Positions 45,649-55,317 of a stretch of 60,575 nt of DNA are shown one piece after another (within the stretch, counting starts at the first letter, position 1; every line of letters begins with the position of its first letter). A program made the position numbers and the translations under genes. The stretch comes from an uncultured Lachnospiraceae bacterium (GTDB lineage: Bacteria; Bacillota; Clostridia; Lachnospirales; Lachnospiraceae), in NCBI GenBank assembly GCA_944376745.1, contig CALWDR010000136.1, forward strand, positions 1 through 60,575. Reading direction: 5' to 3'. The notes below the pieces were generated by a model, which was given only the letters and a program-made list of their open reading frames with translations, ran no database searches and was not told the origin of the DNA.

Positions 45649-45906
45649 ATGGAAAAGGTAGTCAAGTTGAAGGTGACAAAGGAAGTGGAGGCCGACGGCA
45701 TTGCCCGGGTCGTACAGATCGCGAATCAGTTTTCCAGCAAGGTACACCTGGAGGTGGAGGGCGTCTGCCGGGTCAACGCCAAGAGCATTATGGGAATGAT
45801 GAACCTGCCCTGGAGGGACGGACTTGCCATGACCATCCAGGCGGAGGGAACAGACGAAGGGAAGGCAGTGGAGGCCATTGCCGCATTTCTGACGGGAAAC
45901 TGGTGA
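45649..45906 (+). CDS. HPr family phosphocarrier-like protein, Crh-like (Ser46 site present, no His15)
   Basis: VNAKSIMGMMNL matches the Ser46 region. Position 15 context VEADGIARV lacks His. Confidence 0.8.
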   Translation: MEKVVKLKVTKEVEADGIARVVQIANQFSSKVHLEVEGVCRVNAKSIMGMMNLPWRDGLAMTIQAEGTDEGKAVEAIAAFLTGNW

Positions 45907-45915
45907 TGGGAGATT

Positions 45916-46857
45916 ATGAGAAAAAAGAAGCTGTTGTTTATATTGAATCCCTATTCGGGCAAAGGCCAGATCAAGAACAAGCTTCTGGGTATCGTGGACC
46001 TTTTTGTCAAGGAAGGCTATGAGGTGACGATCCACACCACCCAGGCTCCCCAGGAGGCCGTGGAGCTTGTGGCCCATAGAGGAGGCCGGTACGATCTGGT
46101 GGTCACAAGCGGCGGCGACGGCACCCTGGACGAGGTGGTCAGCGGTATGATGCACTGTAAGAAGCGCAGTCCCATCGGCTATATCCCGGCGGGGAGCACC
46201 AATGATTTCGCCAATTCCCTGAAGCTTCCCAAGGATATGCTGAAAGCCGCCAGGACGGCGGTGTGCGGCAGTCCCTTCCCCTGCGACGTGGGAAATATGA
46301 ACGGAAATTATTTTGTGTACATCGCGGCCTTCGGGCTGTTCACCGGCGTGTCCTACGGAACGCCCCAGGAGTGGAAGAATCTTCTGGGCCACGCGGCCTA
46401 CATTCTGGAGGGTGCCAAGAGCCTGCACACGGTCCGCTCCTACTTCATGGAGGTGGAGTGCAACGGCCAGGTCATCGAGGGAGAATTTCTCTACGGAATG
46501 GTGACCAATTCCACCTCGGTGGGCGGGTTTAAAAATATGACCGGCCCCGACGTGGAGCTGGACGACGGGCTGTTTGAGGTGACCCTCATCCGCATGCCCA
46601 AGAATCCCATCGAGCTCTCCGAGATCCTGGGAAGCCTCACCAGCTCCAGGGACGACACCGAGCTGATCTTCTCGGCGAAAACGGATTTCATCCGCCTGAC
46701 GGCGCAGGAGGAGGTGGCCTGGACCGTGGACGGGGAATTCGGGGGCAATCACCGGGTGGTGGAGATCGCCAACGAGAAGCAGGCGGTGGAGATCATGGTG
46801 GGAGAGACGAAGAAAGCCCTGGAGACGAAGCCTTTGGAAATATTGTCTAAAAATTAA
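45916..46857 (+). CDS. Diacylglycerol kinase family lipid kinase (YegS/BmrU-like)
   Basis: LLFILNPYSGKG, VVTSGGDGTLDEVVSGM, IGYIPAGSTNDFA. Confidence 0.85.
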   Translation: MRKKKLLFILNPYSGKGQIKNKLLGIVDLFVKEGYEVTIHTTQAPQEAVELVAHRGGRYDLVVTSGGDGTLDEVVSGMMHCKKRSPIGYIPAGSTNDFANSLKLPKDMLKAARTAVCGSPFPCDVGNMNGNYFVYIAAFGLFTGVSYGTPQEWKNLLGHAAYILEGAKSLHTVRSYFMEVECNGQVIEGEFLYGMVTNSTSVGGFKNMTGPDVELDDGLFEVTLIRMPKNPIELSEILGSLTSSRDDTELIFSAKTDFIRLTAQEEVAWTVDGEFGGNHRVVEIANEKQAVEIMVGETKKALETKPLEILSKN

Positions 46858-47023
46858 CAATGTTTTTTGCTTAGTTTGTGTTATCCTGTATCTTTCTTTT
46901 TAAAAGTAATTAGGATATACTATAAAAAAATGGTACCAGAGTCAAGAGGTCATGGGTTTCATGGGCGCGGGAACAGGCGCGGCTCTGGACCCTGCATCGA
47001 AAAAAGAATATGGAGGAACGATT

Positions 47024-47887
47024 ATGCTAGTATCTGCAAAAGAAATGCTGGAAAAAGCGAAAGCAGGCCATTACGCGGTAGGCCAGTTCAACATCAACAA
47101 CCTGGAGTGGACCAAGGCGGTCCTTACCACGGCCCAGGAGTGCAATTCTCCGGTGATCTTAGGCGTGTCCGAGGGAGCCGGAAAATACATGTGCGGCTAC
47201 AAGACCGTGGTTGGCATGGTCAACGGCATGATGGAGGAGCTGAACATCACCGTGCCGGTGGCTCTGCACTTAGACCACGGCAGCTTCGACCACTGCCTGA
47301 AATGCATCGAGGCGGGCTTCTCCTCCGTCATGTTTGACGGCTCCCACTATCCCATCGAGGAGAACGTGGAGAAGACCAAGGAGCTGGTGCGCATTACCAG
47401 GGAGAAGGGCATGTCCCTGGAGGCCGAGGTGGGCTCCATCGGCGGCGAGGAGGACGGCGTGATCGGCGCCGGAGAGTGCGCGGACCCCAAGGAGTGCAAG
47501 GCAATCGCGGATCTGGGCGTCACCATGCTGGCGGCGGGCATCGGCAATATCCACGGCAAATACCCGGCCAACTGGGCGGGCTTAAGCTTCGAGACCCTGG
47601 ACGCTATCCAGAAGCTCACCGGCGACATGCCCCTGGTGCTCCACGGCGGAACCGGAATCCCCGAGGATATGATCCGGAAGGCCATTTCTCTGGGCGTCGC
47701 TAAGATCAACGTGAACACGGAGTGCCAGCTCTCCTTCGCGGAGGCCACCAGAAAGTACATCGAGGCCGGCAAGGATCTGGAGGGCAAGGGCTTTGACCCC
47801 AGAAAGCTTCTGGCGCCCGGAACCGAGGCGATCAAGGCCACGGTGAAGGAGAAGATGGAGCTCTTTGGCTCTGTGGGCAAGGCGTAA
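47024..47887 (+). CDS. fba: Class II fructose-1,6-bisphosphate aldolase
   Basis: GHYAVGQFNINNLEW, VALHLDHG, EAEVGSIGGEEDG, GNIHGKY, LVLHGGTG. TGGAGGA RBS. The upstream extension is rejected. Confidence 0.9.
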   Translation: MLVSAKEMLEKAKAGHYAVGQFNINNLEWTKAVLTTAQECNSPVILGVSEGAGKYMCGYKTVVGMVNGMMEELNITVPVALHLDHGSFDHCLKCIEAGFSSVMFDGSHYPIEENVEKTKELVRITREKGMSLEAEVGSIGGEEDGVIGAGECADPKECKAIADLGVTMLAAGIGNIHGKYPANWAGLSFETLDAIQKLTGDMPLVLHGGTGIPEDMIRKAISLGVAKINVNTECQLSFAEATRKYIEAGKDLEGKGFDPRKLLAPGTEAIKATVKEKMELFGSVGKA

Positions 47888-47963
47888 GCCTAAGAAAGTA
47901 TGACGAGGGTGTTCCAAAGGCTGGAATGCCCTTGTTTCGATATAAGGAGAGAATGAGGCAACA

Positions 47964-50078
47964 ATGAGCGAATTTTGCAGTGTATCAGAGATTTTTGGTG
48001 AAAATGTCTTTAACGACACCGTCATGCAGGAGCGCCTGCCCAAAAAAGTCTATCAGCAGTTGAAGAAGACCATCGAGGAGGGAAAGGACCTGGATCTGGC
48101 CACGGCGGACGTGGTGGCCCATGAGATGAAGGAGTGGGCCATCGAGAAGGGCGCCACCCACTACAGCCACTGGTTCCAGCCCCTCACCGGGGTCACGGCG
48201 GAGAAGCACGATTCCTTTATCTCCGCGCCGGGGGAGAACGGCAAGGTGCTGATGAGTTTTTCCGGCAAGGAGCTGATCAAGGGAGAGCCGGACGCCTCCT
48301 CCTTTCCCTCCGGGGGACTTCGGGCCACCTTCGAGGCCCGGGGCTACACCGCCTGGGACTGCACCTCCCCGGCATTTGTGCGCAAGGACGCGGCGGGAGC
48401 CACCCTGTGCATCCCCACGGCCTTCTGTTCCTACACCGGCGAGGCCCTGGATGCCAAGACCCCCATCCTGCGCTCCATGCAGGCCATCAACGAGCAGTCC
48501 TTAAGGCTGCTGCGGCTGTTTGGAAACACCACCTCCCGGAAGGTGGCGCCCTCCGTGGGGCCGGAGCAGGAGTATTTCCTGGTGGACCGGGAAAAATACT
48601 TAAAGCGCAAGGATCTGATCTTCGCGGGCCGGACGCTGTTCGGCGCCATGCCGCCCAAGGGCCAGGAGATGGACGATCATTATTTCGGCGGGATACGGGA
48701 GCGGGTGGCGGCCTTCATGCGGGAGGTCAATATGGAGCTCTGGAAGCTGGGGGTCACAGCCAAGACCCAGCACAACGAGGCGGCGCCCGCCCAGCATGAG
48801 CTGGCTCCCATCTACGCCACATGCAACATCGCCGTGGACCACAACCAGCTGGTGATGGAGACCTTAAAGAAGGTGGCCGGACGCCACGGCATGACCTGTC
48901 TCCTTCACGAAAAGCCCTTCGCGGGGGTCAACGGCTCCGGAAAGCACAACAACTGGTCTCTGACCACCGACGACGGCATCAACATGCTGGACCCCGGCGT
49001 GACGCCCCATGAGAATATCCAGTTCCTTCTTGTACTGACCTGTATCCTGAAGGCTGTGGATAAGCATGCGGATCTGCTCCGGGAGTCGGCTGCGGACGCG
49101 GGCAACGACCACCGGCTGGGAGCGGCGGAGGCGCCGCCGGCCATTATCTCGGTATTCCTGGGTGAGCAGCTGGAGGATGTGCTGCGCCAGCTCATCAGCA
49201 CGGGCGCGGCCACCAGCAGCCTGGAGGGCGGCAGGCTGGAGACGGGCGTGAGGAGCATTCCCGATTTTGAGAAGGACGCCACGGACCGGAACCGGACCTC
49301 CCCCTTCGCCTTCACCGGCAACAAGTTCGAGTTCCGCATGGTGGGGGCCAACGACTCCATCGCGGCCTCCAACGTGGTGCTCAACACCATTGTGGCGGAG
49401 GCCTTCAGCGATGCCTGCGATGTGCTGGAGCGGGCGGAGGACTTCGCCCAGGCCGTCCACGATCTGATCAAGAAGCAGGCCACCGAGCACCATCGGATCG
49501 TGTTCAACGGAAACGGCTACTCTGCGGAGTGGGTGAAGGAGGCGGAGCGCAGAGGACTTCCCAACTGTCCCACCATGGTGGACGCCATTCCCTCCCTGGC
49601 CACGGAGAAGTCGGTGGCCCTCTTTGAAAAATTTCATGTGTTCAACCGGGCCGAGCTGGAGTCCAGGGTGGAGATCCACTATGAGAGCTACGCCAAGACC
49701 CTCAATATCGAGGCCCGCACCATGATCGATATGGCCGGGAAACAGATCATCCCGGCGGTGATCCGCTATACCACGGTGCTGGCGGACTCCATCAACGCCG
49801 TGAAGGCCGCCTGCGATGCGGACATCAGCGCCCAGACGGAGCTGCTTGGGGAGACCTCCGCCCTGCTGGCGGAAGCCCGGAGAGCCTTAAAGCGCCTGAC
49901 AGAGGCCGCCGACAAGGCTGCCGCCATGCAGCCGGGGCGGGAGCAGGCCGTCTACTACCGGGACGAGGTCAGGTCCGCCATGGACGCCCTGCGGGCTCCC
50001 GTGGACCGGCTGGAAATGCTGGTGGATAAGGAAATGTGGCCCATGCCCTCCTACGGGGATCTGATCTTCGAGGTGTAG
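47964..50078 (+). CDS. glnN: Glutamine synthetase type III
   Basis: 704 aa with [56 protein letters not shown], characteristic of GSIII. Confidence 0.9.
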   Translation: MSEFCSVSEIFGENVFNDTVMQERLPKKVYQQLKKTIEEGKDLDLATADVVAHEMKEWAIEKGATHYSHWFQPLTGVTAEKHDSFISAPGENGKVLMSFSGKELIKGEPDASSFPSGGLRATFEARGYTAWDCTSPAFVRKDAAGATLCIPTAFCSYTGEALDAKTPILRSMQAINEQSLRLLRLFGNTTSRKVAPSVGPEQEYFLVDREKYLKRKDLIFAGRTLFGAMPPKGQEMDDHYFGGIRERVAAFMREVNMELWKLGVTAKTQHNEAAPAQHELAPIYATCNIAVDHNQLVMETLKKVAGRHGMTCLLHEKPFAGVNGSGKHNNWSLTTDDGINMLDPGVTPHENIQFLLVLTCILKAVDKHADLLRESAADAGNDHRLGAAEAPPAIISVFLGEQLEDVLRQLISTGAATSSLEGGRLETGVRSIPDFEKDATDRNRTSPFAFTGNKFEFRMVGANDSIAASNVVLNTIVAEAFSDACDVLERAEDFAQAVHDLIKKQATEHHRIVFNGNGYSAEWVKEAERRGLPNCPTMVDAIPSLATEKSVALFEKFHVFNRAELESRVEIHYESYAKTLNIEARTMIDMAGKQIIPAVIRYTTVLADSINAVKAACDADISAQTELLGETSALLAEARRALKRLTEAADKAAAMQPGREQAVYYRDEVRSAMDALRAPVDRLEMLVDKEMWPMPSYGDLIFEV

Positions 50079-50160
50079 GGCGGGCCGCCGCTGCGAGCTG
50101 GCCGGCGGAAAACTACATAGAGACGGGAGCGGAGGGCCGCAGTGCGATCCTCGCGGAGCG

Positions 50161-50228
50161 TTTTTTATTTCATAGGAACGTAGTTTCTATGAAATAAAAA
50201 AGAGTTTCGTTCGCGAAACTCTTTTTCT
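50161..50228. terminator. Two adjacent hairpins; the second is a bidirectional intrinsic terminator with a UUCG loop
   Basis: TTTATTTCATAG...CTATGAAATAAA (50164-50198). AAAGAGTTTCG-ttcg-CGAAACTCTTT (50199-50224) is flanked by A-run and T-run. It lies between convergent glnN and the PBP gene. Confidence 0.7.
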
Positions 50229-50428
50229 TAAAAGAAAGGGAGGATGCCGGGCAGCCGCCTTGACGGCTCCCGGCAATTATTATGAAAAAGTTTGTTCTGA
50301 AAATGGTAACTGCCTGCTAGGATGCTGTCCTTTGCTACAAGTCTATTATATGGTTCAGAAATGAAAAAATCATGTTTCCCGCGTGAAGGTTTTTTAAATT
50401 TAACATGAATAAATTGTGAACAAAGGTC

Positions 50429-53050
50429 CTACCGGTTGGCAGGCAGCCTCATAGTGTTGGAGAGGCTGTTGGTCCCTCCGATCACGGTGTCAGACCCGGT
50501 GCCCGGGTCCTGGCCGGTGCCGGATTCCGGGTCTGAGGTGCCGGAACCCGTGGAGGGCTGGGTGTGAACATTGCAGGTGCTCTGGGCCAGCTCGTCCGTC
50601 AGAAGATAGTCGTTGTCCGCCGTCCCCGGCGTGCCTCCGGTGATAAATACCTTCTGCTGTTTGCTGGTCTCCGGGCAATACTCCCCGGCCATCATGTTGG
50701 AGTCGGTGCATATGGTGGCGGCCACATGGTGATCGCAGTATTCCGTGGGCACGGTGCCGTTGGCAAAATATTCGGTGGTGACCATACTGCCTCTGGGGTC
50801 CGCGTCGCACACGCCCTCGATGGGCAGCTTGCCGGATTTGCTGCATACGGCAACCGCGGTCAGACCGTCGGGCCGGGTAAATTCTTTGTATTCCAGTCCC
50901 TCGTGGATACGCTCCATGATATTTCTCCATAAGGTGCGCTCGTAGCGGCTGTAGTCCTGCTCCGTGTTGTCGTCAAAGCCGCCCCAGGTGACGCAGGTGT
51001 AGTAGGGGGTGAAGCCCGCGAAGACCATATCCCGGTCCTCGTTGGTGGTTCCCGTTTTGCCTGCGATGGGCATGGTGCCGAAGTTTACGGCGGTTCCGGT
51101 GCCGGAAGTGACAACGTCCTGCATGGCGTCCGTCAGGAGAAAGGCGGTGGTTTCCTTGAGCACCGTCCGGGTCTGAGGCGTATTGTCCAGAAGGACGTTT
51201 CCGTCGTGGTCCAGAACCTGGGTGTAGAGCCGCGGCTCGGTGTAGGTGCCGCTGTTGGCGATGGTGGAGTAGGCTGCCGTCAGCTCCAGGGTGGTCACGC
51301 CGTTGGTGATGCCGCCTAGGGCCAGGGACTGGACGATGTCCGACTGCTCCAGGGTGGAGAAGCCGAAGTTCTTGAGGTAATCGTAGCCCACCTGGGGAGA
51401 AATTTCCGTCAGGGTCTTTACCGCCACCACGTTGACGGAATCGATGATGCCCTCCCGAAGGGTGATCAGACCCTTGTAATTCCGGCTGGCATTGCGAAGG
51501 GGCGTGCCGTTGGCGTAGGTGTAGGGGGCATCGTCCTGGACGGTGGCCAGAGTCATGCCCGAGGTGTCCAGCGCCGGCGCGTAGGCCGCCAGGATCTTGA
51601 AGGTGGAGCCGGGCTGTCTGGTGGTGTCCGTGGCCCGGTTTAAGGTACGGCTCCCGCTCTTTTCGCCGCGTCCGCCCACGATGGCCTTCACCTCGCCGGT
51701 GTACTGGTCCATCACCACCACGGCAGACTGGGGCTGAAGGGTGTAGATAACGGATTCTGCCTCTATCTCGTCACCTTCTCCAAGGATCTCCGCCTTGTAG
51801 GCCTCGATGGCCGCCTCGGCTTCCTCCTGGCTGTCAAAGTTGATGTTGTAGTCCGCGTTGGAAGCCTTATAATAGTTGAGCATGCTCTGCTCGCTTAAAT
51901 TTTCCACGGTGCCGTCCGCCCGCTCCACGGTCAGGCGGTAGGAGAAGGAGTATTTCACCTCGCTGGGATAATTCTCCGGGTTGTTGATCTCCTGGTCGCA
52001 GATGGCCTGGATCGCCGGGTCCTGGGTGGAGTAGATGGTAAGTCCGCCCTCGTACAGGGCTTTGTAGGCCTGGGTGGCGTTGTAGCCCTTCTCGTCGATC
52101 AGGTCCTGAGCCACCTGGTCGATGACCGCGTCCACAAAGTAGGAGTAGGGGCTGGATTCGGCATACTGGATATTGACCTGCTGTATGCGCTCATACACGT
52201 TGTCGGCCATGGCCTCCTCATACTCCGCCTGGGTGATGAAGCCCAGATCCTTCATGTTGGTGAGTACCTTTTCCCGCCGCTCGGCGTTGTTCTCCGGGTG
52301 GGATACGGGATTCCATTTGCTGGGATTCTGGGTGATGGCGGCGATGACCGCGCTCTCGGAGATGGTAAGCTCCGACACATCCTTCCCGAAATACCTGAGG
52401 GATGCGGACTGAATGCCCAGGGTGTTCTGCCCCAGGTTGATGGTGTTCAGATAATTTTCCAGAACCCAGTCCTTGGATTTGGTCTTACTAAGCTGCACCG
52501 CCAGATACTGCTCCTGGATCTTTCGCACCAGGCTCTCGATAAAATTAGACTCCTGGGTCCAGTCCGTGAACACATTGTTCTTCAGAAGCTGCTGGGTGAT
52601 GGTGCTGGCGCCCTCGGTAAACTGAAATTTATTTCGGATGCCCACCACAGCCGCCCGGAGGATGCCCTGAATATCGATGCCGTTATGCTCGTAAAAACGC
52701 TCGTCCTCAATGGCCACAAAGGCGAGCTGGGTGTGCTTGGGGATCTCGTCGATGGTGACGTAGATCCGGTTGGAGCCGGAGGCCACCAGCGAGGCGATCT
52801 CATTGCCCTGATTGTCCAGCACCATGGACAGGTAGCCGGTGGGAGTTGCGTCGATCTCATCTATGTCAGGGGCGGAATCAATGATTCCCTTCAACGCTCC
52901 GAAGCCGGCGCAGGCGCCGATGACGACCACTGCAAACAGGCAGACCAGCATTGTCTTGAGAAAGATCAGAGAAAACCGCCTGCGAACCGGCGCGCTCTTT
53001 GAGGCGAGCTGCTGTTCCTTGCGGGAAGTGCTCTTTTTTCCGTAATTCAT
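50429..53050 (-). CDS. Penicillin-binding protein 1A family (bifunctional transglycosylase/transpeptidase)
   Basis: GT51 motifs AFVAIEDERFYEHNGID and GASTITQQLLKN. Transpeptidase motifs SxxK (GSTFK) and KTGT. N-terminal TM anchor. Confidence 0.9.
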   Translation of the reverse strand: MNYGKKSTSRKEQQLASKSAPVRRRFSLIFLKTMLVCLFAVVVIGACAGFGALKGIIDSAPDIDEIDATPTGYLSMVLDNQGNEIASLVASGSNRIYVTIDEIPKHTQLAFVAIEDERFYEHNGIDIQGILRAAVVGIRNKFQFTEGASTITQQLLKNNVFTDWTQESNFIESLVRKIQEQYLAVQLSKTKSKDWVLENYLNTINLGQNTLGIQSASLRYFGKDVSELTISESAVIAAITQNPSKWNPVSHPENNAERREKVLTNMKDLGFITQAEYEEAMADNVYERIQQVNIQYAESSPYSYFVDAVIDQVAQDLIDEKGYNATQAYKALYEGGLTIYSTQDPAIQAICDQEINNPENYPSEVKYSFSYRLTVERADGTVENLSEQSMLNYYKASNADYNINFDSQEEAEAAIEAYKAEILGEGDEIEAESVIYTLQPQSAVVVMDQYTGEVKAIVGGRGEKSGSRTLNRATDTTRQPGSTFKILAAYAPALDTSGMTLATVQDDAPYTYANGTPLRNASRNYKGLITLREGIIDSVNVVAVKTLTEISPQVGYDYLKNFGFSTLEQSDIVQSLALGGITNGVTTLELTAAYSTIANSGTYTEPRLYTQVLDHDGNVLLDNTPQTRTVLKETTAFLLTDAMQDVVTSGTGTAVNFGTMPIAGKTGTTNEDRDMVFAGFTPYYTCVTWGGFDDNTEQDYSRYERTLWRNIMERIHEGLEYKEFTRPDGLTAVAVCSKSGKLPIEGVCDADPRGSMVTTEYFANGTVPTEYCDHHVAATICTDSNMMAGEYCPETSKQQKVFITGGTPGTADNDYLLTDELAQSTCNVHTQPSTGSGTSDPESGTGQDPGTGSDTVIGGTNSLSNTMRLPANR

Positions 53051-53103
53051 AAAAACCTCCTTCCTCGGTTACAAAATTACGTCGGTTACAAATCATGCAT
53101 TCG

Positions 53104-53181
53104 ATCATAGGGACCGCTTCGTGAACCCTATAATCGTATTTCAAATTATAGGAACTGTTTCGCGAACCCTATAATCTTGTA
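53104..53181 (-). repeat. Two diverged tandem copies of the same about 36-bp element seen at 14248-14319, oriented toward the PBP1A gene
   Basis: The minus strand reads TACAAGATTATAGGGTTCGCGAAACAGTTCCTATAAT and TACGATTATAGGGTTCACGAAGCGGTCCCTATGAT, about 50 nt upstream of the PBP start. Confidence 0.85.
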
Positions 53182-53506
53182 TTATAACAAAGAAATATGT
53201 GAAAGGAAAGAAAAAATTCTTTAATAGTTTGTGAAGGCGGCTGCGTCCGCACCGGCGCTGAGCCGAAAGCCGGCATCCGTCCGGTCCGCCAGGGCCTGCG
53301 CGCCGACAGTCCTTGGCTTCTCTAATAGGATAGCCACCTGCCGGGAAAAATAAACCAGTTTTTTCCAGTGCGGGGAAATTTCTATCAAACGACAAAAATA
53401 TTTGCCGTTTGACAGAAACCTTCCGGGAGGAAGCACATGGATTTGCGGTCCGGGCGGAAAAGGAAATGACAACCGGCGAAGATGATGGTATAATAGTTTC
53501 TGCTTG

Positions 53507-53578
53507 GCGAGGTGTTATCGAGCTTAGCAGAACTAATACCTGTCCACTTAGCGAGGTATTGTCGAGCTTAGTGGACAG
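53507..53578 (+). repeat. 44-bp tandem duplication in the yigZ promoter region, each copy forming a hairpin
   Basis: GCGAGGTGTTATCGAGCTTAGCAGAAC (53507) matches GCGAGGTATTGTCGAGCTTAGTGGAC (53551). TATAAT boxes lie at about 53489 and 53581. Confidence 0.7.
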
Positions 53579-53633
53579 GGTATAATGCTTTTGTAAGGTT
53601 TTCAATAATTTTGATCGGCAGGAAGGTCGTTTT

Positions 53634-54293
53634 ATGATGGAAGAGACAGGGATAAAAATATTATACCGGGGCGGTACGGGGGAGATCGTGGAGAAGAAAT
53701 CCCGCTTTATCGCCACAGTCTGTAAAATAGAAGGGGAGGAGGAGGCACTGGCCTTCGTGGCGCAGATGCGCAGGAAATATTGGGATGCCCGGCATCACTG
53801 TTACGCCTTCGTGGCGGGGGACAGCCATCAACTGGCCCGGTGCAGCGACGACGGCGAGCCGGCGGGGACGGCGGGGCGCCCTATTCTGGACGTGCTTCTC
53901 GGGGAGGACATTCACAATGCGGCGGTGGTGGTGACCCGCTATTTCGGGGGGACGCTTCTGGGCACCGGCGGACTGGTGCGGGCCTACCAGGGGGCGGCCC
54001 GGGAGGGACTTAAGAACAGTCTGGTCGTTCTGCGCCGGCGGGGAAGGTATCTCACGGTGGAGACGGATTACGGCGGACTGGGGAAGGTGCAGTACCTTCT
54101 GGCAAAGGAGGGGGTGCGCACTGTGGATTCCGTCTACGGGGAGCAGGTGGCTTTAAAGCTGCTGGTGCCCTTGGCTGCTCTGGAGAAGCTGAAGGAGGAT
54201 CTGACGGAGGCCACCGGCGGCAGAGCCCTGCTTGCGGAGGGAGACACGGTGGATTTCGCGGAGGCAGAGGGAGAGCTGGTGCTGTTTTGCTGA
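53634..54293 (+). CDS. yigZ: YigZ/IMPACT family protein (UPF0029)
   Basis: EKKSRFIATV..ARHHCYAFV..DDGEPAGTAGRPILDVL..VVVTRYFGGTLLGTGGLVRAY. Confidence 0.85.
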   Translation: MMEETGIKILYRGGTGEIVEKKSRFIATVCKIEGEEEALAFVAQMRRKYWDARHHCYAFVAGDSHQLARCSDDGEPAGTAGRPILDVLLGEDIHNAAVVVTRYFGGTLLGTGGLVRAYQGAAREGLKNSLVVLRRRGRYLTVETDYGGLGKVQYLLAKEGVRTVDSVYGEQVALKLLVPLAALEKLKEDLTEATGGRALLAEGDTVDFAEAEGELVLFC

Positions 54294-54406
54294 AATTTGT
54301 GGTGGGAAGAGCGCCGGTTGTACCGTTTTACTGAAATTTGTGGCGGGAAGAGCGCCGGTTGTACCGTTTTACTGAAATTTATGGCGCAAAGAGCGCCGGA
54401 AGTATA
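54284..54406. repeat. Tandem repeat, 41-bp unit, 3 copies, starting at the last codons and stop of yigZ
   Basis: Units start at 54284, 54325 and 54366 (GTTTTRCTGAAATTTGTGGYGGGAAGAGCGCCGGTTGTACC). Each carries the TGA. The third copy is the most diverged. Confidence 0.9.
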
Positions 54407-54433
54407 ATTTTTCCTCAAAAGTGAAAAAAATGC

Positions 54434-54462
54434 TTGCATTATGGCACGGGTTGATATATAAT
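54434..54462 (+). promoter_or_regulatory. Sigma-70-type promoter of tRNA-Gln
   Basis: TTGCAT (54434-54439), 17-nt spacer, TATAAT (54457-54462), about 20 nt before the tRNA. Confidence 0.7.
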
Positions 54463-54481
54463 ACAACATGTTGAGAAACAG

Positions 54482-54553
54482 TGGCCCATCGCCAAACGGT
54501 AAGGCAACGGACTCTGACTCCGTCATTTCAAGGTTCGAATCCTTGTGGGCCAG
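54482..54553 (+). tRNA. tRNA-Gln (anticodon CTG), CCA not encoded
   Basis: Folded by hand. Acceptor TGGCCCA/TGGGCCA with U1-A72. 3-bp D stem GCC/GGC. Anticodon stem ACGGA/TCCGT with loop CTCTGAC. T arm CAAGG-TTCGAAT-CCTTG. Discriminator G. Confidence 0.9.
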
Positions 54554-54557
54554 CTAG

Positions 54558-54586
54558 AACCATCACTGACAAGTGATGGTTTTTTT
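54558..54586 (+). terminator. Rho-independent terminator
   Basis: AACCATCACT-gaca-AGTGATGGTT followed by TTTTT. Confidence 0.85.
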
Positions 54587-54603
54587 CATAGACGGGAGGG
54601 CTT

Positions 54604-55317
54604 ATGTACAGCTTTGACAGCAGAGTCCGCTACAGCGAGGTGGACGATCAGGGAAAATTGACCTTTACATCCATGATAGATTATTTTCAGGATTGCAGTT
54701 CCTTTCACTCGGAGGATGCCGGCGTCGGCATCGATTACCTGAAGGAGGCGCATATCGCCTGGGTGCTGGCTTCCTGGCGGATCGAGGTGATGCGCTATCC
54801 CCTGCACGGGGAGCGGGTGACGGTAAGCACCTGGCCTTACCGGTTTCAGGGATTTTATGGCTGGCGTAATTTCCTTATGAGAGATGAGCAGGGGAATCAG
54901 CTGGCCCGGGCCAATACCCTCTGGGTGCTTTTGGATTCCGTCAGCGGGCATCCGGTGCGGGTGCCAAAGCAGGTGGGGGAGGCGTACCGGATCGAACCGC
55001 CCCTGTCCATGGAGGACAGTCCGCGGAAAATGAAACTGCCTGGGGAGATGGAGCCCCGGGAGCCTTTCGGGGTGCAGCGGTTTCATCTGGATACCAATCA
55101 CCATGTAAACAATGGAAAATATATTCTGATGGCGGAGGAATATCTGCCCCCGGAATTTGAGATCGGGTGCATGCGGGCGGAGTACAAGAAATCGGCGGTG
55201 TACGGAGACACTATTTACCCTTATGTACATTTGGATGAGGAGCAGGTAACCGTGGCGCTCTGCCAGGAGGACGCCAAACCCTATGTGATAATTGAATTGG
55301 AGAGAAAACATGATTAG
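54604..55317 (+). CDS. Acyl-[acyl-carrier-protein] thioesterase
   Basis: RVRYSEVDDQGKLTFTSMIDYFQD..HIAWVLASWRIEV..HLDTNHHVNNGKY (FatA/B-type double hotdog). Confidence 0.85.
   Translation: MYSFDSRVRYSEVDDQGKLTFTSMIDYFQDCSSFHSEDAGVGIDYLKEAHIAWVLASWRIEVMRYPLHGERVTVSTWPYRFQGFYGWRNFLMRDEQGNQLARANTLWVLLDSVSGHPVRVPKQVGEAYRIEPPLSMEDSPRKMKLPGEMEPREPFGVQRFHLDTNHHVNNGKYILMAEEYLPPEFEIGCMRAEYKKSAVYGDTIYPYVHLDEEQVTVALCQEDAKPYVIIELERKHD

Noticed and set aside
50079-50160. A possible sixth stop-anchored duplication after glnN (GGGCCGCCGCTGCGA vs GGGCCGCAGTGCGA). A similar weak echo follows the lipoprotein gene (22040-22110, GGCGGCAGTAATG vs GGCGGCAGGAAAATG).
   Set aside because: The similarity is short and gapped, it does not clearly include the stop codon, and it could be chance in GC-rich sequence.
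53051-53100. A WalR site in the PBP1A leader (TGTAAC ... TGTAAC on the minus strand).
   Set aside because: The two hexamers are separated by 11 nt rather than the 5 nt required by the TGTWAH-N5-TGTWAH consensus.
53141-53716. A 191-aa minus-strand ORF spanning the PBP1A-yigZ spacer and overlapping the yigZ start.
   Set aside because: It has no RBS or family features, it is partly encoded by the repeat elements, it overlaps a well-supported gene, and its composition is atypical.
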